From contig JAAOMT010000503.1 of assembly GCA_016748015.1 (NCBI GenBank), positions 856,305 to 920,304 on the forward strand: a DNA stretch of 64,000 bases, written 5' to 3'. The notes beneath the pieces were generated by a model. It had not been told where the DNA came from. It ran no database searches and saw only the letters and a list, made by a program, of their open reading frames with translations. Below, one piece after another: positions 59,039 to 64,000 of the stretch. The DNA is from Geosiphon pyriformis uo1 (taxonomy: Eukaryota; Fungi; Glomeromycota). Numbering within the stretch: position 1 is the first letter of the stretch; each line of letters begins with the position of its first letter. The translations under genes were made by a program, and so were the position numbers.

Positions 59039-62000
59039 TTAATCTTGTCTCATTCTTGAGAGGCTATCAACATTGGTATGTAGTTTTTTTGGTTTGTGGT
59101 GTACAATATATCTGTAGTCTGCTAGAAAGTCATTCTATTGAGACTGTTTGGCACTTTGTTTAGTTTTCTTTTTATTGAGCCATTTAAGGCCAATGTTGTC
59201 CATTATTATGTCAAATTCTTTTCCATTCTTCAGATATTGTTGAAAATGTTTAAGAACCCAAATGACTGTGGCAGCTTCTAATTTAGTTGAGCCGTATTTT
59301 AGTTCTGTTGGTTTGAGTGTTCTACTAGCATAAGCAATGACTTGTTCTTGCTTATTTTCATCTACTTGTAATAAGATGACACCAAATGCTATGTGTGAAG
59401 CATCAGTGGCTAATTGGAACTGTTTGTTGAAGTCTGGATAAGCAAGAACTGGGGCTGTTGTCAATTTTGTTTTGAGAGTCTCAAAAGCTTTTTGTTCTTC
59501 AGTCTATTTGTATGGCACGTTTTTGTTGATAAAATAATTGAGTGGTTTGGCAATTTCTGAGAATCCTTTTATGAATTTTCAATAGTAAGAGACTAATCTT
59601 ACAAATCTTCTTAGTTCTGTGATATTTCTGGAGGTTTGAAAGTTTTTGATAACACTAATTGTTTCTGAATTTGGTTTGACTCCATCTTTACTAACTATGT
59701 GTCCAAGAAAGATCAAGCTTGTTTTTCCAAAATGACATTTCTCAATGTTTAACTTTAATCCTGCTTTCTGTAATTGTTGAAAAACTTCTCACAGGTAAAT
59801 GAGGTGGGCTTCAAAGCTTGATAAGTATACATCAGTATCATTAAGATAGACAACTACTAATTGCCACAAGAGCCCTTCATAGACAACATCCATGAGTCAC
59901 TGAAATGTTGCTGGTATATTGCAGAGTCCAAAAGGCATAATATTGAACTCATAGTTTCTTTCTTGAATGGTGAATGCTGTTTTGGGTCTATCTTTTGGGT
60001 CCATTTTGACTTGCCAGTATCCACTTTTTAGGTCTAAAGTTGAGAAGAACTTGGCTTTTCCTAGAGCATTTAGCATGTTATCATTTCTTAAAAGAAGGTA
60101 GACATTTCCAATTGTAACATTATTTAGTTGTCTATAATCAACACAGAATCTGATTTTTCCGTTTTTCTTTTTAACTAAAACTACTGGTAAGGCCCAAGGA
60201 CTTTTTGATAGTTGAATCAATCCATTATTGAGCATTCTTTAAACCTCTTCTCTGATGAATTGGTGGCTGGCAGGTGGCACTTGATAAACTTGTTGTCATT
60301 TTGGTGGAGCATCTCCTGTATGGATCTGATGTTGAACAATATCTGTTTTTCCCAAGTCATTGTTGTCTTTTGCAAATATATCTGCAAATTTAGCTATCAA
60401 TTGTTTCAATTGTTTTTGTTGTTGAGGTTTTAAGAGACCCATGTTGATTTGTGAGAGTTTTTCTTTTAAAAAGTAGTAGTTTTCAGTAGTGGAAATGATA
60501 TTTGGATTTGGGAGTAGAGTGTGCCTTACAATTTCGATGAAATTAGAGACAATTTGAGAATTTTCATCTTGAAAAATATTGCTGTGTATGATTCCAATCT
60601 CTAGTTTGTTTAATAAGACAATAGGATAATTATTGGGGTTGTAAAATGTAACTTGAAATTTTTTCATTTTTTTGGGAATATAAATATTTGGAATTGAGAT
60701 TTCATGCTTCAAACAGATTTGTTCATTGAATTCAAAGATTTGTTGTGTAGTGGTGGGTTTTGAACAAGTGTAAATTTCGTAATGTTCTTCAAAAGGTGAA
60801 ATGGTAATTGGCTGGGGAAGTTGAAGAATCTGGTGAGATTTATTTTGTGTATTAAGAGCTATATTTACTGGTATTGTAAATTGTCCAATTGAACCAAAAC
60901 CTTAAGTTTCTCTTTCACTTTTTCCCAATTGTTCTCTGTTGTTTATTGATTGTAAACCCGAAATGTTGATTAAAGGTAAGTAAATTGCTTGAGCAATTTT
61001 TTCAACATGTTCAATTTTGAATGGTTTGTCTGTCTCATTCTGTAACATGATAGTAATGTCTCTAGTATATCCTACATCTATAACTCTTCCTCTAATATTG
61101 ATTTCTTTGCTTGCCAATGATGATCTAGAGACAATTTGAACCATTGCTCCTGGTGGTATTTCAAGAGCAATTTTGAGATTGATTTTTGTCAAGAACTTTG
61201 GTTGGAGAACCAAAGTATCTTTTCCTGGGTATCTTAGATCATATCTAGCATCAATTTCGTGTGCTTTTTCTGGTCTGATTCTTTGGCCATGGTTGTCAAA
61301 ATATTTAAGTTGTAGAGGTGGTTGCTTTTCAAGAAGATAGATGGGAGTGGTTGGTAGTTCTTCTACTAGTTCAGATACTCCAAATTCGATTTTATTTTCA
61401 TCATTTTCATTTAACAGAGGAATGCTAAGAGCATAACATTCTAAATACCATTGGTCATCACAAGACATAACACATTCTTCACACAATTGAATGTTTATTT
61501 GCTCTAATTGTTGAATTTGAGCTTCTTTGGTCAGATATGTGTGGCTTGCCATTTGATAGTAGGTTTCTACTTCATCTTCATAATCAAATCCAGCTAATTC
61601 CATGGTATACTCAATGTATTTAGCTTCTTTTATTTGGCGGACATTTTCTTGGGTGGCTTTATTGATCAATGCTATTGCTAGATCAAAAATCATTTTAGCA
61701 TCATGAGGGTAGTGGTAAAGTTTATTGAGAGCACTGTTGTATGCTCTATTAAATGGTGTTCTTTTTCTGACTTTTTCCGAAATTGATAAAGCATATTGAC
61801 AGGTCTGATCACATACTCCTCCTTTCATTGCTACATCAATCCAATTGCATTCTTCTGGTAGCATTTCTCCACAAGTAAGGCAAGAAGTTTTGTCCCATTT
61901 TCCACTTCTTTTTGGGGATCCAAATTGTTCTCTATGGCATGCCTTGCAAAAGTAACAAGTGCAAGTTTCATATATTCCTTTTCTGGAGAAATACAGGCTC

Positions 62001-64000
62001 TCATAGATAAAAGCTTCTTTTTGCAATCTTTGCATTTTAATAGAATATATGATGGTTCTTTTTATGGTTCTGGTGTGGAATATCTAACTTTCTTCCATCT
62101 TCTTAATTCTTCAAAAATCTTTTGTTCTGTTTTCTCAGCCCAATTGAATAGTAATCCAAGAGCCATGTAGGTTTTAGTGAGTGGTATTTCCTTCTCTTCT
62201 TCAAATTCAAATACTGGAGCTTTTTCTGATTGTTTGTTAAAAGTACCACAGGTTGCAGGTACTATGGTATATTGTGCTTGGTATAAAATTTTAAGTTCTT
62301 GAGTTTCCCAGTTCAGGTTTGCATTGGCCTTGAGAAGCCAATCATTTCTGACTAGAGCTTGATATTGAGGTGCATCCATAACAAGAACTTTAACTGGAAT
62401 GGTGATTTTATCAATTGTAAAGAGGAAATCATCAATTTCTCTTACTGGAGTCTTTTTCATACCATCAGCTGTGACAATAACTGTTTGAGCTGGTCTGTCT
62501 ACATTTTGTTTGAGTTGTTACATCAGCTGGTAAGTGATGATATTTCCAACTGATCTACTATCTAAGATTAAGCGAATGGGTTTTCTTTCCACTGTAGCTT
62601 CTGTGTACATAGCAGTAATTGCTTTCTGTTTATTGACTGCTGCATTACTAAGCAGAAATGGTGATTCATTTGCTTCAAATTCAAATAGAAATATATCTGA
62701 CAGATTGGCATTTTGGGCAATTTGAGCTGGTGGAATAGTGTGGTTGGAAGAGTTTGATCTTGGTGCTGCAATTTCATCTTCAGAAAGTACAGTTTGTTGA
62801 AAATACGATTTCTCTGGTATTGTAAGATAACTGGGTTGAGTGTAATAGTAATTGGGTTTTTGCTGACCAGAATTTCGGGGAACCAACTGGTTATTTGGAT
62901 TGATTCTGTTGTTGTTGTTACTCTGCAATTGATTTTGGGGTGTGAATTAGTTATGTTGAACCAATCTTCTTGTTGGTACTTGATATTGTTAAGTGGGTGG
63001 TGTCTGATATGGCTGAATAGGTAAAGATTGCTGATATTGTTGCTGTATTAGTTGTGGAGCTGATGGATAGTAACTGTTTTAATTTTGTGGTTTTGGTGAA
63101 TAATAGGTTGGTGGTGGAGATTGGTAATAAGATTGTTGTGATAAAGAGTAATGTTAATTACTCCTGTTTTGTTGATCTCTTTGTAATTTTCTACAATCTT
63201 GTTTTCAGTGTCCTAGAATTCCACAATAATGACAATTTTGAGGCTGGTTGTTGGATGGTGATCCAAAATTGTTTTGATTGCATTATTGTAGGGATTGATA
63301 TCTTTGTGGTTATTGTTGCTGTTGTTGTTGGTTTGTGAAGTAGCTTTCAATCTTTTTTGTGAGTTGGTCTATCTTCTCTTCAGCTGCTGAGCTGGTTTCT
63401 CCAATTGCAAGATTTACAAGCTTGGTGTGATTTGCTTTTTCCATTGCCATTTCATAGCTCTTTGCATGTCTAATAGCAGTTGCTAAGTCTGCTGAAGTAT
63501 GTGGATGGACTTTCTTAATCAGTTTGTCTTTTAACTTTGCTATAAACTGATCCAAAATTTGAGCATCAGAATAGTAGTCATTGGTTTCCAATTGTCGGAT
63601 TCATCTGAGAAGTTTGTTAAATCTTCCAAGATAGGTCATAACAGTTTCAGATGTTTCTTGTTTGATATTGCAAAAGCAGTTTCTGAGAGTGATAGAGATA
63701 TTATTGTCGGTAAATTGTTGTAGAAAAGCATCTTTGAATGCTTGCCAGTTTTCAAATGGTTCTTCTAAGTTTTCAAACCATTTTTCTGCAGTTCTTTGGA
63801 GAAAATATGGGATCGCTTTGAGCATTCTTGCTGCAATCCAACCATTTGCATCTCCTGCTTTTTGAACTTTGTCAAGCCATTCTTGAGAACTGGTATTATT
63901 ATCTTTACCAGTAAATTCTGGAATTTTTGCAATGTAAGCAGTTGCTATTTCTTCTTCATTTTTTGTAGTTTCTTCTTGTTCTGATTCAGTTTCTTCACTT
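59039..64000 (-). pseudogene. Gag-PR-Cys domain-dUTPase-RT-RNase H polyprotein of copy E (disrupted, N-terminus outside window)
   Basis: Colinear ORF fragments; ends NVDSLSRMRQD*. Confidence 0.9.

Larger units (their letters stand above)
55729..64000 (-). mobile_element. Ty3/Gypsy copy E (family 2, diverged sister family), 5' end beyond the window; inserted in the RT of LINE F
   Basis: gag 63310-63960, protease LILDSRSVGNII, Cys-rich + dUTPase ORF 60902-62035, RT 59897-60235, RNase H 59135-59464, integrase 57594-58979, third ORF, PPT 56762-56774, 3' LTR. Confidence 0.95.

Overview
This is AT-rich eukaryotic DNA, almost certainly fungal. The intron style, housekeeping proteins and repeat families resemble Glomeromycotina (e.g. 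Geosiphon-like genomes); that assignment is inference from recalled sequences. A compact 7-kb island of four intron-rich housekeeping genes (RIB3 +, VPS60 -, TMA22/DENR +, PRI1 -; about 28.6-35.7 kb) lies between two stacks of nested, dead transposons. Left stack: an old LINE-like element, then a second LINE 3' tail, then Ty3/Gypsy element B, into which elements A and C inserted. Right stack: LINE-like element F (RT + RNase H) carries a pogo/Tigger-like DNA transposon with cargo, which carries Gypsy element D, which carries a solo LTR of a second family; Gypsy element E (family 2) also sits in F. All transposons are riddled with C>T/G>A transitions, while the genes keep their CpGs. Comparing the five Gypsy copies reconstructs an unusual ancestral layout. 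One frameshift-free Gag-PR-[Cys-rich unknown domain]-dUTPase-RT-RNase H ORF ends in a conserved stop. Integrase follows as a separate ORF with its own ATG, then a third ~220-codon non-env ORF ending at the PPT. Family 1 also has an apparent GUG-initiated long Gag, a PBS that does not look like initiator tRNA-Met, and 4-bp target duplications often centred on CpG. Coordinates were read by hand; internal domain limits are approximate.
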